Assembly (NCBI GenBank): GCA_000004985.1
Contig: GG738850.1
DNA: 64,000 nt
DNA from: Naegleria gruberi
Lineage: Eukaryota
Reading direction: 5' to 3' (one strand)
A program made the position numbers and the translations under genes. Within the stretch, counting starts at the first letter, position 1, and each line of letters begins with the position of its first letter. The notes under the pieces were generated by a model. It made no database searches. It was not told the DNA's origin and was given only the letters and a program-made list of their open reading frames with translations. Of this stretch, positions 41,517 to 52,039 are shown in pieces.

Positions 41517-44048
41517 ATGCCAAGCACCGTTGCTTCCATCGCTTCTGCTGGCGGAAAGTCATCAACAAACAATAACAATAATTTTAAAATGGATTTAATG
41601 GATCTTTTGGATAGGTCTCAACAATTGTTACCGGTTGTTGATAATTTTATTCAAAAAGATTTGGAATCTATTCATGAACAATCTAAAAAATTAATTCAAA
41701 AAACAGCAAGAGGAGATGTTCAATCAAAAGGAGATTATTTGCTTGCTGCTCACGGATTTGATGTGGAAAAGTATAGAAGAACAGTTAGTAGATTAGATCT
41801 TAAACAAGCCTTTGAACCTTTGGAACCTATCGGAGAAACAGATATTGAAGGTTATTTAAAACACGAACACGATATGATTCTTCTCTCTTCTGTAGAAGAA
41901 TCTAAAAGACATACTAGTAGTTGTTTTTATAAGAACTTTAATGATCACTTGGAGGATGATTGGAAATCAGCTAAAGAAAGCTTGATGAAAACTTTGAACT
42001 TACACAAAGCTTACCAAAGTCAACAATTTAGACCATCTCTTGGTTTGAATGACTCTGTCAGAAAACCATCTAAGTATTCATCATTCATTGTTTCATCAGG
42101 AAATTCTACACCATTCTCGTCTCCTATTAATCAAAATACAACTCTTATGGCTCCAACTCCAAAGAGAGGTAAGACTACAATGGACGAAAGAATGATTGCC
42201 TATAGCACTGTTGTTTATAATATTAACAAGACTATGAAGGCAGACCAAACTACTAGAATTATTGATCAATTCTCTGAAGCTGCCAAATATATTGAAGAAT
42301 CAGTAGCAAGGAAGAGAGAAGTTACAGAATGTTGGAGGTTATTGAGTTTCATGATCAATGAAAATAATGTTCATGGTGAAATCTCACAAAAGGACCTTTT
42401 ACGAGGAGCTAAAGAATATATGGAAACTTCCTATGTTCAATATATTAAAGATTTATTAGGTATTGAAGGAGAAGTTCCTGATAAATTGAAGCTCATTGAA
42501 CAATTTGTTGCTGAAACAACTAAGAATATTTTACCGGAACACCTCGGAGAATCTATTAATGGAAATTATATTTGGCCAGTATTATTTTATTGTTTAAGAT
42601 GTGGTTTCATAGAAGAAGCTCTTAGATTCACCAATGACCATATTGCCTATTTCTCTCAAGTCATTATTAGTGCTTTGGAAAATAAGAAGGAAGCTCAAAC
42701 TTCTAGCTCTTCAAGCTTGGAACAACAATTGCACGAATTATATAGAAAGATACCACCAAATAGATTATTCCAACATGCTGTATACTTGGTTTTGGGTAGA
42801 TGTGACGTGAAGAAGACCATTCCACAGATTTTCTCTAAAACTGAAGACTTTATGTGGTTGAAACTTTCCATAATAAGAGACGATTCAAATTATACATTAC
42901 AAGATTTACAAAAGATTGTTACATCACATGGACCAAAACATTTCTGTCCAAAGAAGAACTCTCTACTCTACTTTAAGCTTTTGTTATGTACTTTGCAATT
43001 TGAAAGAGCCATTCAATATCTCTGTAGTCGTCAAAGTGAAGGATATCACGTTGAAGCTGTTCACTTTGCATTCACCCTTTACTTCTACGATCTCCTTAAC
43101 GTTTCCGAAGACACTAGTGCTCCTCTTTTGACAGAGAAGGATGGTTGTCAACTTAACTTCCACTTCTTAATCAAAGATTACATAAGAATATTCGCCCATA
43201 CTGACCCATGTATTGCTGCTTCATACTTTTACATTTTCTATAAGAGAGATGAAAAGAAGAAATACTTCAAGTCTATCAAGGAATTGATAATTGAAGGAAA
43301 GGATGTATCTGTACTTTTGGGTCATGTAGATATTGATGGAAAATTGAAGAATGGATTTTTACACTACTTCTTAGATTCTTTTGATTTCCTGGAATTGGCC
43401 GAGTCATGTGCTCAATTATACAATGAAGCAGGTAGATATAGAGATTCAGTAGATATTTATTCAATGGCTTTATTATATAACTTTAGTTTAATGCCAGATC
43501 TTTCTGTTGATACACCAAATCGTTTGAAGAAATATATTCATTCTATTCTTGCCATTATGATTGATGAATTGAGTCAAGTATTGACCGGAGGTGAAAATAG
43601 AGAAGAAGTTAAGCAACTTGCCTCTAAAGTCTTTAAAAACTTTACTGATAACAAGATTCTTCAAATTATTGAACAAAGCAACAAGAAGAACTTTGAAACT
43701 TTCAAGATGCTTCTCAGTCTTACAAAAGTATTTGACAGCTTCTTGAATAGAAATTACGATCGTACTCTTGCAGATTTACAACAACTTCAAATTGTTCCAT
43801 TCAAAAAGCAAGAATTGGAGAGTATTTCATTAAGACAACTCGATAAGAAAATACAGAAGAAACTACCAGATATCTTATTTGTAGCTATGTGTACTCTTTG
43901 CCATTTACATTCTTCATCCAGATCTCACTCTCAAAATGAAATCAAGGATATGGCCTCGAATGTAATGTCATTTGCTGGTCTTAATGAAGAATTGGTTAGC
44001 AGTGATGTAACTACTCAACTCTTGCAATTCGTAAATAGAATGAAGTAA
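41517..44048 (+). CDS. NUP93: Nucleoporin Nup93/Nic96.
   Basis: 843 aa from the ATG at 41517; the track start at 41502 is a TTG. AFEPLEPIGETDIEGYLKHEHDMILLSSVEESKR matches Nup93 ([34 protein letters not shown]). The rest has Nic96-type alpha-solenoid character. Confidence 0.8.
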   Translation: MPSTVASIASAGGKSSTNNNNNFKMDLMDLLDRSQQLLPVVDNFIQKDLESIHEQSKKLIQKTARGDVQSKGDYLLAAHGFDVEKYRRTVSRLDLKQAFEPLEPIGETDIEGYLKHEHDMILLSSVEESKRHTSSCFYKNFNDHLEDDWKSAKESLMKTLNLHKAYQSQQFRPSLGLNDSVRKPSKYSSFIVSSGNSTPFSSPINQNTTLMAPTPKRGKTTMDERMIAYSTVVYNINKTMKADQTTRIIDQFSEAAKYIEESVARKREVTECWRLLSFMINENNVHGEISQKDLLRGAKEYMETSYVQYIKDLLGIEGEVPDKLKLIEQFVAETTKNILPEHLGESINGNYIWPVLFYCLRCGFIEEALRFTNDHIAYFSQVIISALENKKEAQTSSSSSLEQQLHELYRKIPPNRLFQHAVYLVLGRCDVKKTIPQIFSKTEDFMWLKLSIIRDDSNYTLQDLQKIVTSHGPKHFCPKKNSLLYFKLLLCTLQFERAIQYLCSRQSEGYHVEAVHFAFTLYFYDLLNVSEDTSAPLLTEKDGCQLNFHFLIKDYIRIFAHTDPCIAASYFYIFYKRDEKKKYFKSIKELIIEGKDVSVLLGHVDIDGKLKNGFLHYFLDSFDFLELAESCAQLYNEAGRYRDSVDIYSMALLYNFSLMPDLSVDTPNRLKKYIHSILAIMIDELSQVLTGGENREEVKQLASKVFKNFTDNKILQIIEQSNKKNFETFKMLLSLTKVFDSFLNRNYDRTLADLQQLQIVPFKKQELESISLRQLDKKIQKKLPDILFVAMCTLCHLHSSSRSHSQNEIKDMASNVMSFAGLNEELVSSDVTTQLLQFVNRMK

Positions 44049-44060
44049 AAATAATTTTAT

Positions 44061-45941
44061 TTACTTATCCTTTAATTTCTTTTGGTACAAAACATTGGAT
44101 GTCTCATCCAATGTTTCGTGTTGGTCTCGTTTTCTTTTTACATTTTCTGAATCTTCTTCAATGTTATTTACATCTTGATTGGAAATATTGTTAGTGTTGA
44201 TTGTGTAGTTTGGTGGTATTGCCAAGTAAGGGAATTGATTTGTGTAAAAATAATATTGTGGTATCATTTGTGGTGGATATGTAATAAAAGATGCTTGTGT
44301 TGTGTCTATTGAGCTATTACCTTGATTTGTAAGTGTGTTTGTTAACACACCTGATGGATTTGGTTGAGTAGTTGTGTATATTTGTTGTGATGGTTGTGTC
44401 AAGGCCCACTGAGCATACGGAAAAACAGTTGGGAATGTTGTAGCATTGGAAGTGGTAGTGTTTTGTGAAGTATTATAAATACCAGTTGTAATATTACTAG
44501 AAGTGGTTGAGGTAAGTGCATTTGGTGGAATGGCCATAGCAACCATTCCATTTGGTAAAACAGTTGTTATAGAAGAAGGTGGTGTAGATGTGTGAAGTTG
44601 ATGATGTGGGGAAAGTGTTGGTGTGTTTAAATTAAGTTGATTGAGTTGATGGTGTAGTGGAGATGGTGGTGCTGATGTATTATTTCCCATTATCATCATT
44701 AACTTGTTTTTGGAATATCCAATAGGTGATTTTGAAGGGCTTACTTTGATTTGTTTGACACTTCCTGCAATTGTACATCCACTTAATCTTAAAGCTCTCA
44801 AAGTACTTTGCTTATCTTCGAATTCAATAAAACAAAATCTTGTTTCGTATGATTCTGTATCTCCAGCCATAGCAATTCTGTGAATGGCTCCACATAATTC
44901 TTCAAAAAATGCTTTAACATGATCTTGTGATAGTTTTACGTCAATGCCACCCACATGAATTGTCCTCTCGACTAGGTCTCTATATTGTTTATCAATTAGT
45001 GACTTCTTAGGTGGTGTTTGAATGGCAGTTTTTGAGTGAGATACCTTGAGTTTAGATTTTCCCCAAAGTGAACCATTAACCATTATAGCCTTAAGTGACT
45101 GTTCAGTTGTGGCATATTCAATGAAAGCAAACTTGGTTTGTAGTTGTGTGTTAGAATTAGATGATTGTTGGTCATTATTACACAGTCTATAGTTAGTAAT
45201 ATCGCCATATACACTAAAGTAATCCAATAATTCATCTTCAGAAAATGAACTATCAATCCCAGAAATGTGAATTGTTCTACTTGCAGCAGAGTTAGCATCT
45301 ACAATGCTACTATTTGATATTGGAGAAAGTCCACCCAGATAAAGTGACGATGGGCTTGGTGGCAGATAATTGGGTGGGAGAGTGGAAGTTTCTGGTGATT
45401 CTACCTTCTTCTTTCTGATCGGATCTGTTTTCTTCTTGTTATTATTTTGAGGAGTAATTAGTGGGGGAAACACAACTGGCTTTTCAATAAGTGGAGTTAA
45501 ATTGCCATTATTACCATTGTTATTATTATTATTTGTGGAGGCAGAATTTTGTTTGCTATTAAAATCGTGTTTAGCCATAGAGATTTTCAAATTTTGTCCC
45601 ATAAACTCGGTACCATCTAAACTTAGGGATAATTTAGCTTGGTGATGATCTACAAATTCAACGAATGCAAACCTCTTAGCATAGGAAGGATCACCAGCTA
45701 ATTTAATATTTGTTACTTGACCATATTTTGAAAATAATAATTGAAGTGATTCTACGGTCGTATAACTAGAAATATTTCCAATATGTATTGTTCTTGATGT
45801 GTAATTATTTGATGATGATGATTGATTATTCGATTGGTGATGATTCTTTCTCGTGTGACTGCTGGAATTAAAAGATTTGTTATGATTCATTTTTTTGTGT
45901 AATTTCCCGCCAACAATTTCTTGAATTCTTTTACTGGGCAT
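44061..45941 (-). CDS. RNA-binding protein with three SREK1-type RRMs, N/S/T/Q-rich.
   Basis: Three RRM-like domains each beginning RTIH(I/V)G, with KLAGDPSYAKRFAFVEF, TKFAFIEY and TRFCFIEF RNP1-type motifs resembling SREK1/SFRS12 (AGDETQPTRFAFVEF). Confidence 0.65.
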   Translation of the reverse strand: MPSKRIQEIVGGKLHKKMNHNKSFNSSSHTRKNHHQSNNQSSSSNNYTSRTIHIGNISSYTTVESLQLLFSKYGQVTNIKLAGDPSYAKRFAFVEFVDHHQAKLSLSLDGTEFMGQNLKISMAKHDFNSKQNSASTNNNNNNGNNGNLTPLIEKPVVFPPLITPQNNNKKKTDPIRKKKVESPETSTLPPNYLPPSPSSLYLGGLSPISNSSIVDANSAASRTIHISGIDSSFSEDELLDYFSVYGDITNYRLCNNDQQSSNSNTQLQTKFAFIEYATTEQSLKAIMVNGSLWGKSKLKVSHSKTAIQTPPKKSLIDKQYRDLVERTIHVGGIDVKLSQDHVKAFFEELCGAIHRIAMAGDTESYETRFCFIEFEDKQSTLRALRLSGCTIAGSVKQIKVSPSKSPIGYSKNKLMMIMGNNTSAPPSPLHHQLNQLNLNTPTLSPHHQLHTSTPPSSITTVLPNGMVAMAIPPNALTSTTSSNITTGIYNTSQNTTTSNATTFPTVFPYAQWALTQPSQQIYTTTQPNPSGVLTNTLTNQGNSSIDTTQASFITYPPQMIPQYYFYTNQFPYLAIPPNYTINTNNISNQDVNNIEEDSENVKRKRDQHETLDETSNVLYQKKLKDK

Positions 45942-46358
45942 TAATTGTTATCCGATTTCTTCATGTCATTTGTGACCGTACTAATCATCTTAAAGCAACT
46001 CTTTTCAATCAAATTTGATGCCTTGCATTGATTGTCGTCGATAAATTGGCAAAGTTCATTTGTAAACTGAAATCCATTTGAAAATTTGTAAAAGGTGAAC
46101 TCTTCTCAACACAAATTGTTCCCAATCTATGCATAATCAAAAAAGAACTCAATATTACGTAGCTGATCCTTATATATCACTGGAACAACTGTTCTTTGTT
46201 CTTGTGTGAATTATGGAATCAAAAATTCAAAACTTTATTTCTTGATATAATAATTTAAAAATGTAGGTACATGAGATAAAGTGATTCTCTCTGAGATGAA
46301 TCGAATAACATCATATTGATGAATAATACAATTTCCAGTAAATACAGAATATTAAAAA

Positions 46359-46772
46359 ATGAAAAATGAAAAACTCAAATCGTCATCGGATCAACAAGTT
46401 TTTAATTTATCAAAAATTGATTTAAATAACAAGGAATTGATTAAAGCTCTGGAGAGATTACCAACTACAGAACAATTCATGACAAATGTAAAGCAAAATA
46501 ATATTGAATTTATAATTCCGGATTTGAGAAGTATTCATAATGTGGTGAAGGAATTATTGCCCAAACCAAACAAGGGATTGTGGGAACCACAGTTTAATTT
46601 GGATCCATTCATATTGTCCTATATGGCTTTGTTATATCAGAATAGGGATAAGAAGAATCAACAAGAAAAGGATCAACAATCTGGTAAACAAGAAGAAGGA
46701 AACAATGTAGAGGCTAAGCCTTCGGAGGACAAGAAGGAAGATACTACACCACAGAGAATTTCAAAGTTGTAG
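46359..46772 (+). CDS. Hypothetical small protein (137 aa).
   Basis: ATG-initiated ORF with a charged C-terminus. No family recognised. Confidence 0.4.
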   Translation: MKNEKLKSSSDQQVFNLSKIDLNNKELIKALERLPTTEQFMTNVKQNNIEFIIPDLRSIHNVVKELLPKPNKGLWEPQFNLDPFILSYMALLYQNRDKKNQQEKDQQSGKQEEGNNVEAKPSEDKKEDTTPQRISKL

Positions 46773-47013
46773 AATAATAGGCTTTTAGGAACTATTCTAC
46801 AATTTGAAACAAGAATAGCATTGGTGTAATTAATTACATCAATTAATTGGAAGAGAAATTAGGTTGCATCAGAATATTTAACTGTTCGAAAAACTAGAAT
46901 ATCATGAGAGTGCTCCAATAATATTAGTGCAAATTCACATCAAATAATCATCACGATTATTTAATTGTTTAATAACAAATTCACTTTATATTATTTATTA
47001 AATAAATAAAAAA

Positions 47014-48397
47014 ATGTCATCAGAAACAAAAGTTGTATCGGATACATCAGTGCCACTCTATCAGGTCGATGATACCAATAAATTGCAATGCTCTACACCA
47101 ACATCATCAACTATTCACTTGTTCACCAAGTCAATATTAACATCAAATAAGCAACAAATAATTGGTGATTTAAATAGTGAAAGTACTACTCAACAACATC
47201 CTATTGAACCTGGTAATATTCATTGTAGTAGATTAGCTTCCGATTTAAATCAAGCCTCCACAGTATACTTTATTAACAAATCTAAATTATTCAAAATTAA
47301 ATATGAATTACCTAGTAGTGAAGTAAATGTATGGAAACCAACCAAGAATGCTAAATTACCTTATCCTTTACTTATTTCCGATATTGATGTTACTAAAATT
47401 TATCAATCCACATTAGATGTTAATTTCCAAGGTATTGAAATCGATAAGAATAGAATTGGTTTAACTGATGATATGGGAAATATTTATATTTTAAATAACA
47501 CATTTTCTACTAGTAATAATGAGGAAGATGATGAGGAAACTGATAACAGTTCAAAGAAGAGAAAAGTTGACGAAAAGAGTACTATTCAATGTGTTTACAA
47601 TAATATTGATACAATTAAATATCATGTTAAAGGTCACACTTCACTTAAATTCCATCCAACTAATGAAGCTGTTATTATTAAGAGTACTTTTGAAACTAAG
47701 AACGTTTCTATTTTTGATATCAATAACCAAAAGAGCATATTTTCTGTTAACACAATGCAAAATCCAACCAAATTGCATACCTTTGAAATTCCACAATCAA
47801 ATAATACATTATTAGCAATTGGAGAATATAACAATGTTTCAATTTGGGATTTCAGAACAAACAAACCAGTTAATAGACTGACTAGAACTAGAGGAATTGT
47901 TTATGATATGGATATTACAACCAATGTTAAATGTGGTAAAAATAATTCTAATGCCTTATTGGGTGTTATTGGAAGTGACAGAACTGTCTACATGTATGAC
48001 ACTATGAAATGGTCTCCAATTCACAAGTGGCAAAATTGTTTGAAATATGCTGTAAGTAGACAATCTTTTGAAAGATTCTTTAATCAATGTATTATTATAG
48101 CCATCTTACTTATCCTTCTCAAATATTAATAAGGAATTGTGCTACGTTGCTGGTTTTGATAATAGTGAATTCAAATGTGGTAATTTCGTTGATCAAAAAC
48201 AACAAAGAAAGGGTAGAGGTCATGGTCTCTATGCTGACAATAGATGGATTGGTATGACTAAACCGAATGCGCAAGATACTATCGTTGGTATTAGTATGAA
48301 TGGTTCTTTATATGTTATTGAACATCCACACCGAATGGCTCCAAACTTGAATGATTTAGTTCCTTCTACAGAAGCTCAAGATGTCATGGACGAATAA
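47014..48397 (+). CDS. WD40-repeat-like protein, hypothetical. Probable two exons: join(47014..48051,48134..48397), with an alternative acceptor at 48100.
   Basis: The first ORF ends at a GTAAGT donor at 48052 (..CLKYA|GTAAGT). The downstream ORF frame is open from 48101. The AAG acceptor at 48132-48133 gives an 82-nt intron and avoids translating a pyrimidine tract. The TAG acceptor at 48099-48100 gives a 49-nt alternative. WD-like strands (VSIWDF, YMYD). Confidence 0.5.
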
Positions 48398-48416
48398 ATC
48401 AAACTATTTATTTCTA

Positions 48417-48865
48417 TCAATCCAGCTTTTTCATTGATAAGTGGTTAAGCAATTCCTCAAAATACCTGGAAAGTTTTGAACACAACAAAGTTTCCGATAG
48501 TTCTTTTTCTTTGATAAAGCTCATCAATCTTTCAATTGTATCCAATGTATTGGTTATGTAAAAACCTATATCGTCAAAATAGTTCTCATGTGTTTCAAAG
48601 TTAGCATAAATTATCTCAAAATCTTCTAAATTAGAAAATAAATTAAAGATTTGTTTATATAATTCGCATGAATCACATCGGGTTTCCTTTTGCATTGTGT
48701 AGGCTTGCATCGTATGCAATATGAATAATTGTGCAATGTTATGAAAATCACTCGTTTAAGCAATAGTGTTTTGTCTTTGAAATCCTCTGCTAGCATTTTT
48801 CTATTATTAACAAGCACACAATTCCACCAATATTCAAATTTGGTGTTGCAGAGCAAACTGAACAA
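48417..48865 (-). CDS. Possible small gene (two overlapping minus-strand ORFs of 79 and 100 aa in different frames); structure unresolved.
   Basis: Only ORF evidence. The track start of the 100-aa ORF is a TTG. It may be a spliced small gene or noise. Confidence 0.2.
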
Positions 48866-49023
48866 CCAGAATTATGAAGTGTAAGCCAGTAATAATATAT
48901 TGGAGTGAATACACAATATCATCTGTTGAAAGGCAATTTCATTAGACAGGGTGAGCTTGGGGTCATGCAAAGACTTTCCAATTCAGAAGAAAGTTGATAT
49001 TACTATTTATTTGTTTTGGTCTT

Positions 49024-49302
49024 CTATTTAAAATAATACATTGCAACTACCAAGAAAAACATACTAAGTAAGGTTACTTGTAATCTGTTATTTCCATCCA
49101 CAATTGCTTCTAATAACTTATCATTGCTTTCTAATAACTTATCATTGCTTTCTAATAACTTATCATTGCTTTCTAACAACTTGGCATTGCTTTCTAACAA
49201 TTTGGCATTGCCTTCTTCCATAGTTTCTTTAAGGCTTTGGATTTGGGCTCTAACTGAGTGGTTGGATGATCCTCCTGATGAACTGCTTGTGTAGCCTTCC
49301 AT
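49024..49302 (-). CDS. Tail-anchored small protein, paralog 1 (92 aa), with five copies of the 7-aa (S/G)N(A/D)KLLE repeat.
   Basis: MEGYTSSSSGGSSNHSVRAQIQSLKETMEEGN, then (NAKLLES)(NAKLLES)(NDKLLES)x3, then a C-terminal transmembrane segment LQVTLLSMFFLVVAMYYFK. ATG at 49302. Confidence 0.6.
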   Translation of the reverse strand: MEGYTSSSSGGSSNHSVRAQIQSLKETMEEGNAKLLESNAKLLESNDKLLESNDKLLESNDKLLEAIVDGNNRLQVTLLSMFFLVVAMYYFK

Positions 49303-50814
49303 TTTTTTAAATTAAATATTATTTAAAAATAGAGAAACGCTCAAAACTTACCTTCTTCTTAAACACAATAAACGATGAGGAGTTGTAATGAAAAACTTAC
49401 ATCTTCCGAAAACATATCACCATTAGCGTGAAATGCATCAAGGTGAGAAGAGGAGCCCATTGTTGCAGAAGTACTATCACTTCCAGTAGATGATGTATTT
49501 TGGTTGTTTTTTGTTGTTTTGTTGGGGAAGGTTGTTCCTCAATAACTCACATTTAAGCAAAAAAATTCCACATCTAATGAAACACATGATGAAGCATGGA
49601 TGTTCCAACGACGCTATTGAGCAACTTTACAAAATCCACATCCAATTAAAACATGTTGTTTGTCTTCCTTACAATCGCTGCGAGATCCCTTAATATAACG
49701 CATCTGGTATCCTCACTGTTTTCACTTATCAAAAACGATTTTACAAGTCATCCACATAATCAAGGCAATACAGCCAACCTTAAAGACTCGGGAGGAATGG
49801 TAGCATAAATAATACTGCTAATACAAAGAAATGCTCAATGATCCTATCATTGTGTAATGACACAAAAATATGAAACGCAAGACTTAAACCCAACATATTT
49901 AGCTATAGCTTCCTTTTAGTGCTTTAGAAACGCGGTTTGGACATTCTCGCTTTCATAGGTTTCTTAAGGACAAAACATTAAGCTGACACCTTGACAAGAC
50001 TTCTCTTTCTTGATGGTATTTTTTTTGGACTTTCTTTTAAATATTAATTTTTACAATAAATATTTGTATCCTTAATATCCTTGACAGGAGCCAAAGGGCA
50101 AATATTTTGAGATGATAAATTGCCATGCCATTAAATATTATTTAACTTCGAGCTTAAGGATTGTAGTTGTTATCTGTGCATAATAGGAGACCGAACACTG
50201 CTATTATTTTGATTTGAAGAATTATTAATATTAAAAAAAACCTCATCAGCTGATTGGAAAAAACCAATATTCTTTCTCATTAATAAGAATACTCACTCAA
50301 AAAATTCAAAGGGGAAACGATGTCATAAGAGTTATTTTTAGTTTTTAAACTTTGTTCATATTAAATACTCGGTGAAAACAAAAGGAAGAAAAGTAAGGCA
50401 AGCTAAATTACTGAATGTGAGTATTACATATCTTAGAGTTTTACCAAGTGTCGTTTTCCAAATTCTACCAAGTTTTACACCCACTCTTCTAAAATTTGAT
50501 TAAAGACTCAGGGAAAACGATTCAAGTGATGGATTATGGTATTTGTGAAACGTACCCTAACTTCCGATAAAAGTGAGCCAATTCTATTGAAGGAAAGATA
50601 AGATACACTTGAGTTTGATTCATGAGAAGCTTTTAAGAAGGTTGATGAGGTAAATGAAACTAGTTTTGTTTCCAACGCACACTATTTTAGCCCACTCACC
50701 AAAAGGTTGGTAATTTCACCGAAACTATGGTTTTCACTACAAACTATTTTTAAGGCAGAAATGTTATCTCTAAAGATTAGAAGAATATCTATATTTATTC
50801 ACTTTTTTGGCCTT

Positions 50815-51051
50815 CTATTTAAAATAATACATTGTAATCACCAAGGAAAACATACTAAGTAAGGCTGCTAGTACTCTGTTATTCCCATCCTTAATTGCTT
50901 CTAATAACTTATCATTGCTTTCTAACAACTTGGCATTGCCTTCTAACAACTTAGTATTGCCTTCTTCCATAGTTTCTTTAAGGCTTTGGATTTGGGCTCT
51001 AACTGAGTGGTTGGATGATCCTCCTGATGAACTGCTTGCACTGTCTACCAT
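50815..51051 (-). CDS. Tail-anchored small protein, paralog 2 (78 aa), with three heptad repeats.
   Basis: MVDSASSSSGGSSNHSVRAQIQSLKETMEEGNTKLLEGNAKLLESNDKLLEAIKDGNNRVLAALLSMFSLVITMYYFK. ATG at 51051. Confidence 0.6.
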   Translation of the reverse strand: MVDSASSSSGGSSNHSVRAQIQSLKETMEEGNTKLLEGNAKLLESNDKLLEAIKDGNNRVLAALLSMFSLVITMYYFK

Positions 51052-51415
51052 TTTTTATTAACTATTGTTTAAAAATAGAGAAATGCTCAAAACTAACCTC
51101 GTGGTCTAGTCCACGCACCTTAAATTGTAATGTAGGCTTAATTATTCAGTAATATTAGGTTCATCCATTGAAATATAATATTGAATGCAGTGACAAACCA
51201 TTTGTTTCGCACACATAATTTGCTAATTAACCTGAACAGAAACCCATATCTTAATCTATTATTTGAATACCTGAAATTTGCTCCGTTGTGATAGAAAACA
51301 ATTCAACTGATCCCTTATAGTTTCAATTTTAAATAAATCATTAACGATTTTTTAGTAAGAAAGGTTAGAACAAAAATTGGAAGAATATATTTATTCAGTT
51401 TGTTGGTTTGGCCTT

Positions 51416-51631
51416 CTATTTGAAAAAATACATTGCAACCACCAAGGAAAACATACTAAGGAAGGTTACTTGTAATCTGTTATTTCCTTCCACAATTGCT
51501 TCTAATAACTTATCATTGCTTTCTAGCAACTTAGTATTGCCTTCTTTCATAGTTTCTTTAAGGCTTTGGATTTGGGTTCTAACTGAGTGGTTGGATGATC
51601 TTCTTGATGAACTGCTTGTGTAGCCTTCCAT
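51416..51631 (-). CDS. Tail-anchored small protein, paralog 3 (71 aa), with two heptad repeats.
   Basis: MEGYTSSSSRRSSNHSVRTQIQSLKETMKEGNTKLLESNDKLLEAIVEGNNRLQVTFLSMFSLVVAMYFFK. ATG at 51631. Confidence 0.6.
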   Translation of the reverse strand: MEGYTSSSSRRSSNHSVRTQIQSLKETMKEGNTKLLESNDKLLEAIVEGNNRLQVTFLSMFSLVVAMYFFK

Positions 51632-52039
51632 TTTTTATTTTAAATTGCTGTTCGTGATGTTCAGCTTGTAACTTTACAACTTATTTTGCCAAATACTTAC
51701 AAGTAATATCGGAGTTAGAGAAGCTCAATCTTAACACTGTTTTAATACAATTAGTAATGAAGGAGCCAAATACTTTGAAATGAAACAATTTACAAAACTT
51801 TATATCTCCAATGATATTCCTTAATTGAACCAATTCTTTACAAGTGGATGATGTAAATCAATTTAATTAATACTTTATTGTAAACTAACACCACTAACCT
51901 TTTGTTAAATTTCCTCTCTATTTGGTTCGACAGTATCAACTTTTCGGACCTCAATCACTGACACAAATCGAAACTCTACTGCACACAACTAAATTATCCG
52001 CTCGAATGTTATTGATAGCAAGAAAAAAAAACTTTTCAC

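Larger units (their letters stand above)
49009..51660. repeat. Three dispersed-tandem copies (~300 bp unit) of a small-gene cassette with an internal 21-nt coding minisatellite in 5, 3 and 2 copies.
   Basis: Near-identical blocks ggccttctatttaaaataatacattg..aaggaaaacatactaag..ttgcttctaataacttatcattgct(ttctaa.aacttggcattgc)n..ttcttccatagtttctttaaggctttggatttgggctctaactgagtggttggatgatcctcctgatgaactgcttg at 49009-49310, 50801-51060 and 51401-51640. Copies 1 and 2 also share the upstream motif ttaaaaatagagaaa(c/t)gctcaaaact. Confidence 0.8.
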
